NCBI GenBank assembly: GCA_030390025.1
Contig: CM059433.1
Span: 31,250,001 to 31,314,000 of the forward strand
Length of the DNA: 64,000 bases
Direction: 5' to 3'
From: Squalus acanthias
Lineage: Eukaryota
Part shown: positions 1 through 13,528 of the stretch, piece by piece
Layout: each line of letters opens with the position of its first letter
Numbering within the stretch: the stretch's first letter is position 1
Position numbers and translations under genes: made by a program
Notes under the pieces: generated by a model
The model's database searches: none
Seen by the model: the letters and a program-made list of their open reading frames with translations, nothing else
Told to the model about the DNA's origin: nothing

Positions 1-44
1 TTTCAAATTTCTGTCATGTTTAAGAATCTTTAACTATTTTGTCA

Positions 45-360
45 TGGAAGGAGGGGCAGCGTATGTAGGGGGAGAGTCGGGTGGGGTGGGGGGGGGGATG
101 TCTGTAGGGGGTGGGGTGGGAGTCCGTAGGGGGTGGGGTGGTTGAGTCTGCAGGGGGTGGGGTGGGGGGAGTCTGTAAGGGGTGGGGGAGTCTGTACGGG
201 GTGGGGGAGTCTGTACGGGGTGGGGGAGTCTGTACTGGGTGGGGGAGTCTGTAGGGGGTGGGGCGGGGGAGTCTGTAGGGCGTGGGGCAGGAGAGTCTGT
301 AGAGGGTAGGGGGGAGCCTGTAGGGGTAGGATGGGGGAAGGGAGTCTGCCAGGAAGGCCA
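45..360. repeat. G-rich minisatellite (~21-25-bp unit, GGGGGAGTCTGTA(C/G)GGGGT-like)
   Basis: Repeated GAGTCTGTA core between G runs; explains the Pro-rich and Gly-rich ORFs at 42-386 and 182-367. Confidence 0.85.
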
Positions 361-859
361 GGCCTAGAGAGTGAAGGTGCTCCCATTGTGTTCAGAGATG
401 ACCAGTTTCAGTTTCTGTAGTTTCTGGTCAGAAGAGTACATTCAGCACCAGCAACATAGACAGTGTAGCACATTTGTTATTTTCTTTGCTATGAGCTGCC
501 TAAGGAAATAAGTGCATGTGAGCTGAGATTTACTATAAATGCTCAATCACTTACCGTTTGTTAAATAAATCAGCCTGTTTATTCTTAATTGGCCTTGTCT
601 TACTAAGGTGCTCATCAGACCACCTTTCGGAAGATTAAAGAAGTGCATGTGTGGGATTACCACATTCAGGTCATTTAACAAGGGGTTTTATTGTTACATT
701 CTCCCCCCCATATCACAGTATGATACGATGACATATTGGGCAGTAAAGTTAAACTCCTGTTCATAAGGGATATATGGTCCACTTTGAGGAGAGGCCAATG
801 ATGCTGAGAGAATATATATAGAGCTGATTTTTTTTTTAACAATCTCTCTGCCCATCTAT

Positions 860-1490
860 AAAACCATCCATCTGTTAATTATATCTACCTATCTAGGTCT
901 ATTAGTCTACATACTAATACAGTTATTAATATAGCTACATATTCAATTAACCAATCTATATATTTACCTATCTAACACGTCATCTTTAAGCTACCACCGA
1001 TCTGAATCGACTGATCTATTTAGTCAGCTTATAGTTATACTCATCAACCTAGCTACCCATCTACATCTATTAATGTATCTTACATACTCATTCATCTATG
1101 CTTATTAACCTACTTAGCTACATAAATGGAAAATAAAGTTCTGCCAGTAATCTGTTGCACACTAGATCAAAACCTGCCACCTTAGTTAAGTAATTAAATT
1201 TCTGATTTATTATAAGATACTGGGTAATTACCTTTTTTATAGCAATGAGCTGTTGCAATCTGAATGCCGTGTATATCTCTATTAATCCAATTAATTAGGC
1301 AGGGTCACTATTAGTTACACTTCTGTCAATCAAGATCTCCATAAACGTAGAAATCTATCTGCCTATCAACCTACCCAACTGTTACTCTACCTATCCAGCT
1401 CTGTATTTACCTGTCAGGTTAGCTAATCAATCTCTCTTCCTATATATAGACCTACCTATCGATCTATCGATCTACCTATCTATCTATTGA
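860..1490. repeat. Degenerate (TCTA/CCTA)n-derived low-complexity tract
   Basis: Scattered tctatc/ctacct/atctat words, becoming regular at 1450-1490. Confidence 0.6.
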
Positions 1491-2015
1491 TAGAATCATA
1501 GAAGCATAGAAATTTATGGCACAGAAGGAGGCCATTCGGCCAGCCAAAAAAGAGCTATCCAGCATAATCCCACTTTCCAGCTCTTCAGGTGCATATCCAA
1601 GTACTTTTTAAATGTGATGAGGGTTTCTGCCTCTACCACCCTTTCGGGCAGTGAGTTCCAGACGCCCACTGCCTTCTGGGTGAAAAAATGTCTCCTCAAC
1701 TCCCCTCTAATCCTTCTACCAATTACTTTAAATCTATGCCCCCTGTTTATTGACCTCTCTGCTAAGGGAAATAGGTCCTTCCTATCCACTCTATCTAGGC
1801 CCCTCATAATTTTATACACCTCAATTAAATCTCCCCTCAGCCTCCCTGTTCCAAAGAAAACAACCCAGCCTATCCAATCTTTCCTCATAGCTAAAAGTCT
1901 CCAGTCCTGGCAAAATCCTGTTAAATTTCCTCTGTGCCCTCTCCAGTGCAATCACATCTTTCCTGTGACCAGAACTGTATGCAGTACTGTGGCCTAACTA
2001 TACAGTTCAAGCATA
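1491..2015 (-). mobile_element. CR1 LINE 3' fragment
   Basis: ORF 1514-1951 contains RLRGDLIEVYKIMRGLDRVD...FFTQKAVGVWNSLP, typical of the CR1 ORF2 C-terminus; short tandem tail at ~1491-1512. Confidence 0.9.
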
Positions 2016-5000
2016 ATGATCTACCTTACCTATCGATCTACCTATCTACTTATCTACCTGTCTATCAATCTACCTACCTGTCTATCGATCTACCTACATG
2101 TCTATCGATCTACCTATCTGTCTATTGATCTACCAATCTGTCTATTGATCTACCTATCTGTCTATCGATCTACCTATCTGTCTATTGATCTACCTATCTG
2201 TCTATCAATCTACCTATCGATCTACCTATCTGTCTATCAATCTACCTATCTGTCTATCGATCTACCTGTCTGTCTATTGATCTACCTATCTGTCTATCGA
2301 TCTACCTATCTGTCTATGTCTATCAATCTACCTCTCTGTCTATCGATCTACCTATCTATCAATCTACCTACCTGTCTATCGATCTACCTATCTGTCTATC
2401 GATCTACCTGTCTGTCTATTGATCTACCTATCTGTCTATCGATCTACCTATCTGTCTATCGATCTACCTGTCTATTGATCTACCTATCTGTCTATCGATC
2501 TACCTATCTGTCTATCGATCTACCTATCTGTCTATTGATCTACCTATCTGTCTATCGATCTACCTATCTGTCTATGTCTATCAATCTACCTCTCTGTCTA
2601 TCGATCTACCTACCTGTCTATCGATCTACCTTTCTGTCTATCGATTTACCTATCTGTCTATCGATCTACCTATCTGTCTATCGATCTACCTATCTGTCTA
2701 TCGATCTACCTACCTGTCTATCGATCTACCTATCTGTCTATTGATCTACCTATCTGTCTATCGATCTACCTGTCTATTGATCTACCTATCTGTCTATCGA
2801 TCTACCTATCTGTCTATCGATCTACCTATCTGTCTATCGATCTACCTATCTGTCTATCGATCTACCTACCTGTCTATCGATCTACCTATCTGTCTATTGA
2901 TCTACCTATCTGTCTATCGATCTACCTGTCTATTGATCTACCTATCTGTCTATCGATCTACCTATCTGTCTATCGATCTACCTATCTGTCTATCGATCTA
3001 CCTATCTGTCTATCGATCTACCTACCTGTCTATCGATCTACCTATCTGTCTATTGATCTACCTATCTGTCTATCGATCTACCGGTCTATCGATCTACCTA
3101 TCTGTCTATCGATCTACCTATCTGTCTATCGATCTACCTATCTGTCTATCGATCTACCTACCTGTCTATCGATCTACCTATCTGTCTATCGATCTACCTA
3201 CCTGTCTATCGATCTACCTATTTGTCTATTGATCTACCTATCTGTCTATCGATCTACCTATCTGTCTATCAATCTACCTGTCTATTGATCTACCTATCTG
3301 TCTATCGATCTATCTACCTGTCTATCGATCTACCTATCTGTCTATCGATCTACCTATCTGTCTATCGATCTACCTATCTGTCTATCGATCTACCTGTCTA
3401 TTGATCTACCTATCTGTCTATTGATCTACCTATCTATCGATCTACCTATCTGTCTATCGATCTACCTACCTGTCTATCAATCTACCTACCTGTCTATCGA
3501 TCTACCTATCTGTCTATCAATCTACCTATCTGTCTATCGATCTACCTATCTGTCTATTGATCTACCTATCTGTCTATCGATCTACCTGTCTATTGATCTA
3601 CCTATCTATCGATCTACCTATCTGTCTATCGATCTACCTACCTGTCTATCAATCTACCTACCTGTCTATCGATCTACCTATCTGTCTATCAATCTACCTA
3701 CCTGTCTATCAATCTACCTACCTGTCTATCGATCTACCTATCTGTCTATCAATCTACCTATCTGTCTATCGATCTACCTATCTGTCTATTGATCTACCTA
3801 TCTGTCTATCGATCTACCTGTCTATTGATCTACCTATCTGTCTATCAATCTACCTATCTGTCTATCAATCTACCTATCTGTCTATCGATCTACCTATCTG
3901 TCTATCGATCTACCTATCTGTCTATCGATCTACCTATCTGTGTATCGATCTACCTACCTGTCTATCGATCTACCTATCTGTCTATGTCTATCAATCTACC
4001 TCTCTGTCTATCGATCTACCTATCTATCGATCTACCTACCTGTCTATCGATCTACCTGTCTGTCTATTGATCTACCTATCTGTCTATCGATCTACCTATC
4101 TGTCTATCGATCTACCTGTCTGTCTATTGATCTACCTATCTGTCTATCGATCTACCTATCTGTCTATCGATCTACCTGTCTATTGATCTACCTATCTGTC
4201 TATCGATCTACCTATCTGTCTATCGATCTACCTATCTGTCTATCGATCTACCTATCTGTCTATCGATCTACCTATCTGTCTATGTCTATCAATCTACCTC
4301 TCTGTCTATCGATCTACCTACCTCTCTATCGATCTACCTATCTGTCTATCGATTTACCTATCTGTCTATCGATCTACCTATCTGTCTATCGATCTACCTA
4401 TCTGTCTATCGATCTACCTACCTGTCTATCGATCTACCTATCTGTCTATTGATCTACCTATCTGTCTATCGATCTACCTGTCTATTGATCTACCTATCTG
4501 TCTATCGATCTACCTATCTGTCTATCGATCTACCTATCTGTCTATCGATCTACCTATCTGTCTATCGATCTACCTACCTGTCTATCGATCTACCTATCTG
4601 TCTATTGATCTACCTATCTGTCTATCGATCTACCTGTCTATTGATCTACCTATCTGTCTATCGATCTACCTATCTGTCTATCGATCTACCTATCTGTCTA
4701 TCGATCTACCTATCTGTCTATCGATCTACCTACCTGTCTATCGATCTACCTATCTGTCTATTGATCTACCTATCTGTCTATCGATCTACCGGTCTATCGA
4801 TCTACCTATCTGTCTATCGATCTACCTATCTGTCTATCAATCTACCTGTCTATTGATCTACCTATCTGTCTATCGATCTATCTACCTGTCTATCGATCTA
4901 CCTATCTGTCTATCGATCTACCTGTCTATTGATCTACCTATCTGTCTATTGATCTACCTATCTATCGATCTACCTATCTGTCTATCGATCTACCTACCTG

Positions 5001-5630
5001 TCTATCAATCTACCTACCTGTCTATCGATCTACCTATCTGTCTATCAATCTACCTATCTGTCTATCGATCTACCTATCTGTCTATTGATCTACCTATCTG
5101 TCTATCGATCTACCTGTCTATTGATCTACCTATCTCTCGATCTACCTATCTGTCTATCGATCTACCTACCTGTCTATCGATCTACCTGTCTATCGATCTA
5201 CCTGTCTATTGATCTACCTATCTGTCTATCAATCTACCTATCTGTCTATCAATCTACCTATCTGTCTGTCGATCTACCTATCTGTCTATCGATCTACCTA
5301 TCTGTCTATCGATGTACCTATCTGTCTATCGATCTACCTACCTGTCTATCGATCTACCTACCTGTCTATCGATCTACCTACCTGTCTATCGATCTACCTA
5401 TCTGTCTATCGATCTACCTATCTGTCTATCGATCTACCTATCTGTCTATCGATCTACCTATCTGTCTATCAATCTACCTACCTGTCTATCGATCTACCTA
5501 CCTGTCTAACGATCTACCTATCTGTCTATCGATCTACCTATCTGTCTATCGATCTACCTATCTGTCTATCGATCTACCTATCTGTCTATCGATCTATCGA
5601 TCTATCTAGTAATCTACCTTTCTATCGATA
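2016..5630. repeat. Satellite/minisatellite, 20-bp unit TCTATCGATCTACCTATCTG with 16-bp variants
   Basis: Directly visible tandem array; the ORFs with [15 protein letters not shown] periodicity are by-products. Confidence 0.98.
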
Positions 5631-7124
5631 AATTTTACTTGTCCACTCATCTATAATTAATTTGCCAAACTGTCAATCTAAATACCAATTAGCTGTACAC
5701 AGATTGTCTATCTATACTAACATAGTTAACATGATCCATACCATCTATCTTTTGATCATCTATCGCAACAATCTATTCAAATAAACAGCTAACCTTGTAT
5801 CCATCTATTCGTCCATCTATGTGTCCACATGTCTATCCATCCATTTATCTGTCCATCCATCTAATGCTCAGTAGGTTGTATATCGGATACTTTTTAGTTT
5901 TATCCTGATCACTGTAAACAGGACCAAAACCAACAAATACTTTTGTGATGCACATGATGGATTTAAAAAGGTTCCAGTGGCATTCTATAAAATAATGTCT
6001 TCAGTCCATTTAACCACTAATTGAATAGCATTTATTAAAATGACCTTGGGGGAAAAATGAAACAGGGTAAAAGTCCATTTCAATATTCCTTAAATAAAAC
6101 TTCCAAAATATTTCTTGCTTATTTGTTGAGATACATTTTGTGCTTTTAAGCACTAATTTTAGTGATCAAATAAATAATATCTACATATCTATTCTATATA
6201 TATAAAAATGGCATGAAGATTTATCTTCTCATCAGTTAACAGAGTTCTCATCCAGTAACCTGTCTTATACCAGAGACAACCTGTCAGTTCAGCTAAGTGA
6301 TTACACACTTGTGACCTATCATAGGTGGCTGCATAATTATTCAGTATTACTTTTATAAACGGCAATTTGTAGTTGCTTGGCAACCAAAGTACAAACAATG
6401 CCTAATTTTAAAAGATACCACCAATGATTAATTAGTAATTATAAGTGCAAGGTGGTAGTGGCAGCACCTTTGAACAGTTGAGGAATATTGTTGGCCATGA
6501 AAAACTGCCAGTGAAAGACAAGCTGTAGACATTGTTGATATTTGTGTTCACCTTGTACAAGTACAAAGCATTTTGCTTTTGAAACACAGTATTTTAATAA
6601 TAGGATAGGCCCAGCAAAAGCAGTCGTTGGCCCAATTCACACACTATTACACTGCCAAATCCCTATTTTATCTGGAACAATGCCACCAGCAAGACTGTGT
6701 AGTATGCTATCATGAGTGTCTCACACAAGCAGAGTACACACTGACATATTTCCTTTGAGAAAGAAAAGCAATTACCAGCTGCCTGTCTGCCAGGGAGTAA
6801 TGCAGTGTGGCTGCGTAAACTCAGCCTACTGGAAACCAATATCACGGTGCTACAAAGAATTCATTTGTTTAAAAACATCTGCAGTTAAAAGACTAGCTAT
6901 CATACACAGAACCACAGATCCACACTCAATCAAAACATTCTGCACAAGTGTTCATAGTCTAACTGCTTCTTAATTTACCTGATATTGATGCAATAATACA
7001 CAAAATATGTGCTCGACTGAATGTAGTGTACGAATGGGAATATTTAGAAGTAGCACGTTCTAAATTGGTATTGAATGAACCGATATGATAGCATACAAAA
7101 TGCAGGCCTGACAACATAACACAT

Positions 7125-7542
7125 AAAGGCTGCTGGTTCAAGTCCACTCCAGAGACTTGAGCACATAATCTAGACTGACACTTCAGTGTAGTATTGAGGG
7201 AGTGCTGCACTGTCAGAGGTGCCGTCTTTCAGATGAGACGTTAAACCGAGGTCCCGTCTGCCCTCTCAGGTGGGCAGAAGAGTTTCCAATGTACTATTTC
7301 AAAGAAGAACAGTTCTCTCCAGTGTCCTGGGCAATATTTATCCCTCAATCAACATCACAAACAGATTATCTGGTCATTATCTCATTGCAGTTTGTGGGAC
7401 CTTGCTGTGAGCAAATTTGCTGCTGTGTTTCCTACATTACAACAGTGACTGCACTTCAAAATTACTTCATTGGCTGTAAAGCACTTTGGGACGTCCTGAG
7501 GTCATGAAAGGCACTATATAAATGCAAGTTCTTTCTTTCTTT
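7125..7542 (+). mobile_element. Deu-domain SINE (SacSINE1/AmnSINE1-like) with L2-type tail
   Basis: B-box-like GGTTCAAGTCC; central GGGAGTGCTGCACTGTCAGAGGTGCCGTCTTTCAGATGAGACGTTAAACCGAGG; tail CACTATATAAATGCAAGTT(CTTT)n; homologous copies at 27150 and 63530. Confidence 0.75.
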
Positions 7543-8367
7543 TACCAATGAGAAAAGGTAATACCTTATAGTGAACTACATACGAGCTTTCAAACCAATG
7601 GAGAGATTTTCTGCATAAGGATCATGTAGGAATTCTCCCCCATTTTTCAGGCACTGAACTACATCTGCTGTGGCAATTTTTGAGCATGATATTTTCTTTT
7701 TTGTTTTCGTGAAGTTGCTCAGCAGTCCATCTGCAGTTTCATTATACATAGCTACTTAAATAAATCAAATACAGATCGAGGTCAACACTCAAAATTATCG
7801 GTTTAGTAAAACTGTGTGGAACAACAAATCAGATGTGGAAATCATCAAATTTTACAGCAGGAAATTTAACCTCTAGAACTTCCACTTTTTCTGTTGCATT
7901 CCCACTGGCTTTTTTGTGTATACAGTTACTTCCATTTCTAAATATTAGTTTATATAGCTACTAAATTGTCAAACCGACAGTGCTTTTTGTATCTGTTCTG
8001 CCCCTGTTCTTTATGCTTAAGTTATGTGTTTGTGGCTATGTAACAAAGTAAGCTCTGCCTCCTCTACTAAAATGTCTAAGCAGAATCTGTTCATAAATTA
8101 TGGAGGATAATACAGAATTTCAGTAGATACTTCAATGAACATGCCCCAATGGTCCTACAGGCAACTTGTATATCCAGGAGCTCTTATGTTATCTATTGAA
8201 TCATTTAATAAGGATCTATGGGAACGTGGTAATTAAAAAAAAAAATCATTAAAGCCTTGGTTACTTAATGGGTATAGATTTCACACTATGTGAAAAGGAA
8301 GAGATGTGGCAGGGGGACGGTACTTAGTCAACACAGCAGGATTTGCACTGCCACTGATTTCACTACA

Positions 8368-8556
8368 GTGCCTGACAGGGTGGTGGAAGCAGATTCAATA
8401 GTAACTTTCGAAAGGGAATTGGATAAATACTTGAAAAGCAAACATTTGCAGGGCTATGGGGGAAAGAGCAGGGGGAGTGGGACTAATTGGATAGATCTTT
8501 CAAAGAGCCGGCACAGACACGATGGACCGAATGGCCTCCTTCTGCGCTGTTAGATT
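8368..8556 (+). mobile_element. CR1 3' terminal fragment
   Basis: PDRVVEADSIVTFERELDKYL followed by a CR1-type 3' UTR (GGACCGAATGGCCTCCTTCTGCGCTGT). Confidence 0.8.
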
Positions 8557-9884
8557 TTAATTATTTCCAGCTAGGTTATTGCAGTTTACAGGTTAACGGT
8601 TCTGAGTGTTTGCAACCTTGCAGAGCCACAAATTAATCTAAGTATCCAGGCCGTGTTGGGCTCCGATCTTGCCCTTCTTTTGCACGGCTAACATCAAATC
8701 TGAATGGAAGTTCAGGGGGCACTTTCTATTTCTATCACCCCGGCACAGAATTGCATGTGCTTCTTAATCCATACTGCTAACAAGGCCGTCACAATCATCA
8801 ACTAGTCCTTAACATGCAGTTTTTCTTTCATGACCCTCCTTACACGCGTTTCAGGCTGTGAACAAAACTGAAACGAGCAGTAATGACAGAAGCAAAGTGC
8901 CCATCACTGCTTTTGCTCAATTGTTTAGTCACATCTACTTTTTCATTGCTATTACCTCCCAGAGTGAAATATACCCCCATAGTTCTCTGAGCACAGTAGC
9001 TCAGCTCAGTTTAGATACCTTTATGTAATGGCATTCAGGACTCTTAGCATTGTGACCAGCAATAAGCTGAGGTATTCAAGCTAAAAACTCACTATTAAAA
9101 ATCTGGGGTTTCTTTTATTGAGGTTTGAACCTCATCACAATCTAAAATGCTGAAAGGCATAGATTGAAAATGATGGGCTTAATGTTGCGGAATTAGAGGT
9201 GCAGGCACAAAGCTGGTAGGCCCCAAGTCAGGTGATAGATTAGAAAATGTTTTTTTTTCTCCCCATGTAAGTAATGACAGCCAGCTAACATGCCAACTGA
9301 AAAAGGAAGCTGGATGAATATCTTGCTTAGAATAGGATTAAAGATTTTAATAGCAAGTATAGGTGCAGATGATCAAATAGTCTATGGAACATGGTTGTTC
9401 CTGTCCTCGCAGGATCATGGAAGTGGTGTCTCTGGAATACAGCTTGTCAAGTTGAATGATGTCTACTGCAATGCTGGATGCATATCCTGCAGGTTTTACT
9501 TGATTAACTGAAGGGGTCAGGGACAAAAGTCAGAGTTTTCTCATGGTGGAAGTTTTAACTGTAGTTATTCAATTGCCTCCAGGGATCAATTAAATTAGAG
9601 AGCTGCTATGATGGTGCAAATTGTACTCGATCTGCAGTAAAGAGGTAGTTCAATGAACCAAATAGCCTTTTGTTCTCACATGCTTTCTAATGTTCTCATA
9701 ATGTGGTTTCAGCTGAGACTAAGAAAAAGTTATATCAAGAGATTTATAATGAGTGCTTGTTAGAAGATTGTTTGACTGCAGTACATTTACAGGCTCAAGC
9801 TCAGTTCACTAGGAAAGATAAAATATTTAAAAAATAATTCTTCCTACTTATTCTGCACCACAATCTACGGATCAACTTTTTAAT

Positions 9885-10175
9885 ACAATTGTTCTTGAGA
9901 TGTGGGCAACACTGCCAATCCAGTATTTATCCAATTCCTCATTGCCCTGCAGGCATTAAGATTCAACCACATAGTGTGGGACTGAAGTCACATGCAGGCC
10001 AATTTGGGTAAGGCTGCCCTGAAGGACATTAGTGAACCAACTGGGTTTTTACAACAACCTAGCAGCTTTCATAATAGTTTTTCTTGTGCTAGGCCACAAA
10101 CTGCCCTGGTGGGATTATTAACTCATAACCGCTGGCTTGCGAGTCCATCACCATAACCACTAGTCTATTGTACCC
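9885..10175 (-). mobile_element. Decayed tRNA-head SINE whose tail resembles the 3' end of the second LINE family
   Basis: Tail (plus strand GAGATGTGGGCAACACTG) resembles 39466 and 41672; body shared with 42300-42540. Confidence 0.5.
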
Positions 10176-10405
10176 TCACTGAACAATTGTTTGAGACCAA
10201 TCTGTAGTGATATATCATTTAGCTTAGTTGGAGAAATGGCAACAGAATAGATTCGTTTGGAAGTCTTCTTGTGTCGCAGCTTGTCTCACTGTGGTTAAGT
10301 GCACAGAGGAGCCATCAGTCAGATTCACAAAATGGAGATTAGACATTTGGAGGACAAAATGAAAACTAAGAAAAAGACAGCGAGACAGAAATAAATATCA
10401 ATAAT

Positions 10406-11548
10406 GGGCCAGATCTTGCTGGAGTGGGCCATCTCACAGCGTGCTCCATTAGTTAAACATTTTCCCTCAGAGTTTAGCTCAAAAAATGTTTTACCCTGTA
10501 ACTTGCTGGAAGTGCGAGCTGATAACGGTGCGGCAAGGGCAACGGGGACCTTAATGAACGATGGGACCAACAGTCCATCTCCTTAACCAATGAGATTTAT
10601 GGATTGAGAAAGAAATAGAGCAACAACGGAGAAGGATATAGAGCGAATTACAGTCAAAAAAGAGACAGAAAGGAAAAGTAAGAATAATTTTATTATAAAT
10701 TTTAAATTAAAAAATCTCTAACAACAATTTACTACCTGTAGGAATGAGACTTCACAGTTTTATTTGTTCCCTTTCTGGGCTGGAGAGGTTGATTGGCATC
10801 CCAGGAACATAAATCTCATCACTAAAAAGGCACTTAAGCTGTTAAGTGCCAGCCCTAACTTTCTGTGGTGAGTTTAATGGGCAATTAATGCGCAAATACA
10901 GCAACTTCATGAATGAGGTGGAGGGTGAGCTGCCGTTTTCGCGAGGCTAACGGCGGAATGGCACAAATTGTCCAGTGACTTGTGGCGATTCGCAATTCAC
11001 GGGTTATCTTTTCCTCGCCACAAGTTGCTAGACAATTTACACATTAATGTCTATTGAGTAGACTAGGCCTATATTCTCTAGAGTTTAGAAGAATGAGAGG
11101 TGATCTCATTGAAACATACAAAATTTTTACAGGGCTTGACAGGGTAGATGCAGGGAGGATGTTTCCCCTGGCTAGGGAGTCTAGCACCAGGAGTCACAGT
11201 CTCAGAATAAGGGGTCGGCCATTTAGGACTGAGATGAGGAGAAATTTCTTCACTCAGAGGGTGGTGAATCTTTGGAATTCTCGACCCCAGAGGGTTGTGG
11301 AGGCTCAGTCGTTGAGTATATTCAAGGCAGTGATCAATAGATTGTTGAATATTAAGGGAATCAAGGGATATGGGGATAGTGCAGGAAACTGGAGATGAGG
11401 TAGAAGATCAGCCATGATCTTACTGAATGGCGGAGCAGGCTCGAAGGGCCAAATGACCTACTCCTGCTCCTAGTTCTTATGTTCTTATGTTCTGTGTAAT
11501 AAGTGTGTGCATTAAACTCACCTTTATTTTCGCAGCAAATTCTGGGCT
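10406..11548. mobile_element. Non-autonomous Harbinger-type element (MITE) containing a CR1 insertion
   Basis: Imperfect TIRs GGGCCAGATCTTGC / GCAAATTCTGGGCT; AAT on both flanks (3-bp TSD); related partial copy at ~24375-24932. Confidence 0.75.
11050..11491 (+). mobile_element. CR1 3' fragment nested in the MITE
   Basis: ORF 11054-11398 RLGLYSLEFRRMRGDLIETYKI...; (GTTCTTAT)n tail. Confidence 0.93.
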
Positions 11549-11704
11549 AATAATACAAAAAATATATAAAAGAATGGAATTAAAAGGAAAATCTAAACCG
11601 AAATGTAAAAAGTGTACAAAAGGAAAACCTATGCAGCCACACCCTGCTCATTGCAGCCTTGAATCTCAGCCTGGAGAGACCTGTAATCCATTTTGCTGCC
11701 AAGC

Positions 11705-13528
11705 ATGGAGAGGGTGAGAGAACGCGCTCATCGCTTCACCGAGCGGGCCTTGGATGCTCTGGTTGACGCAGTGGAGCGCAGACGATGCATGCTGTTCCCG
11801 GATAGTGGCAGGAGGCCTTTGCCACGCGAGTTCAGAAGAGTGTGGAGGGAGGTGGCTCAGAGCGTCTCCTCCAGGAGCATGGTGCCCAGGACCCATGTTC
11901 AATGCCGCAAAAAGTTCAACGACCTCACTCGGGTCGTCAGGGTGAGTGGCTTTTTCTCAATACCTCTCCATCCCTCCATCTCAACCTCACTCTATGGCCA
12001 GAGGGTCTTAAAACCCCAATGCACAACACTCATCCAACACCTATGGCCCTTTCATCAAACACACACACACATTCTACACTTTGCATACAGTAAGGGCTAT
12101 TCACCTATGGGAGGCACATCAGGCAAGACCATGGCTGTATATTGTAAGGGCTATTCACCTATGGGAGGCACATCAGGCAAGACCATGGCTGTATATTTAC
12201 TCAGATGCTGTCCTTTTTCTTGCAGGCTAAGCTGGCTCATAATCGGAGACAGCAGCAACGGACGGGTGGAGGGCGGCTTTAGCTGCAACCCCTCAGCGAT
12301 CTGGAGGAGCGCATCCACAGGATTGTGGCAAGCCGGGTGATCGGTCCCGTCGCCACTGGAGACGCCGACCCCGTTCTGGACAGCAATGGTAAGGTCATCA
12401 CCTTTTTGTCCTCTGTCCTTCCACTTCTCCCTCACAATACCAGCCTTTGACACTTTCAATCCAACTTGCTAACTCGCTGCACTTATTCCTCCCTTACTGC
12501 CATCCTGTCCTCACGCTAAAGCCACTCTTGTACCTCCCTGCTTTCAGATGGTGATTCACCAGCTGAGGAGACGGGCCCTCAAGCTGCCACTGGGAGTGAT
12601 GCTGCAGCCGAGGAGGAAGAGGAAGCCGGAGCATCAGTGCCACCCTCTCCCGAGGAAGCCCATGCCCACACTGGGAACACGCCTTCCCCGGAGGGGAGCA
12701 GGGGGGAAGGGGCTGATGACGGTGAAGCTCCAGGACCCAGCGGGCTGCAGCAACGCCATGGGGGGGGGTAGGGAAGAACGGGGGCCTTCTCCCCAGAGGG
12801 AGAGTATGCCAGACACTCCTACTGCAATGGACGCAGAGGAGGAGCGGCTGATTGCAGAAATGAACAGCCAGGCGGTGGGCATGCACACTGAGCTCATGGG
12901 TGCAGTGGGAAGGGTGCCCGAATGCATTGAGTCACTGGCAAGGAGTGTGGAGCACTTCGCTGTAGCACAGGCGGATGCCACACTAACGCTTAGTGCTGCA
13001 ATTCAGTCACTGGCTGCCGTGATCCCACCTCTGACTGCTCTCATACAGACTCAGATGGAGGCCACGCGAGCACAGACTGCTGCCAACCTCGATGGTTCAT
13101 GCACATGTCCCCGGGGCTGTCACCGCGCCGCAGCAGGCCAGCAATCTTTTCTCCGGCAGATTGCTCCGGATGCTGAAGTGCTGCCCCGTGGGAGTGCCAG
13201 TGTGTCGGGCGAGCAGGGAGTTGCTGTCCTCTCTCACGATGACAGCATTCCTGCTGCCAACACTGTCACTTCTCCACTGCACTTGCCACCGCCTGTAGGA
13301 CAGACTGCTGCCGCCCATGCAGAGTTGGTGCAGTCTGCAGCCGGGCCCTCCAGGCCCAGAAGTGGTCGAGGCCGTCCTTCAGGGGCATCTGCAGTGTCAG
13401 GGTCTGACGAGCAGCAGCCTTCCACCAGCCTTGCTGCAGCCACTGAGGTCCCATTACGGAGGAGCAGTAGGGTTGGAAGGGGGGAAGTGCGCAAGGGAAG
13501 GAGATCACCCTCGAAGGGCAAAAAGTAG
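11705..13528 (+). pseudogene. Harbinger Myb/SANT-like (trihelix) DNA-binding gene, exons 11705-11941, 12226-12388, 12548-13528; disrupted
   Basis: Exon 1 RFTERALDALVDAVERRRCMLF...WREVAQSVS...QCRKKFNDL; GT-AG introns in phases 0 and 1; exon 2 AKLAHNRRQQQRTGGG then in-frame TAG at 12280-12282; +1 frameshift in the G9 run 12760-12768; C-terminal PLRRSSR basic motif. Confidence 0.88.

Noticed and set aside
2016..5630. CRISPR-like array
   Set aside because: Head-to-tail units with no unique spacers, no cas genes, eukaryotic context
1934..5631. Many overlapping ORFs up to 242 aa
   Set aside because: Translations of the 20-bp satellite; periodic and open in several frames
8655..8980. Possible old MITE, or the missing left end of the 11.7-kb Harbinger
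   Set aside because: Termini poorly matched, no TSD, no TAGCGCC motifs, and the CCCC end faces the wrong way
12548..12770. N-terminus of the 326-aa ORF as a real protein start
   Set aside because: Splice phase puts exon 3 in another frame until the G-run frameshift; the ATG directly follows the acceptor AG
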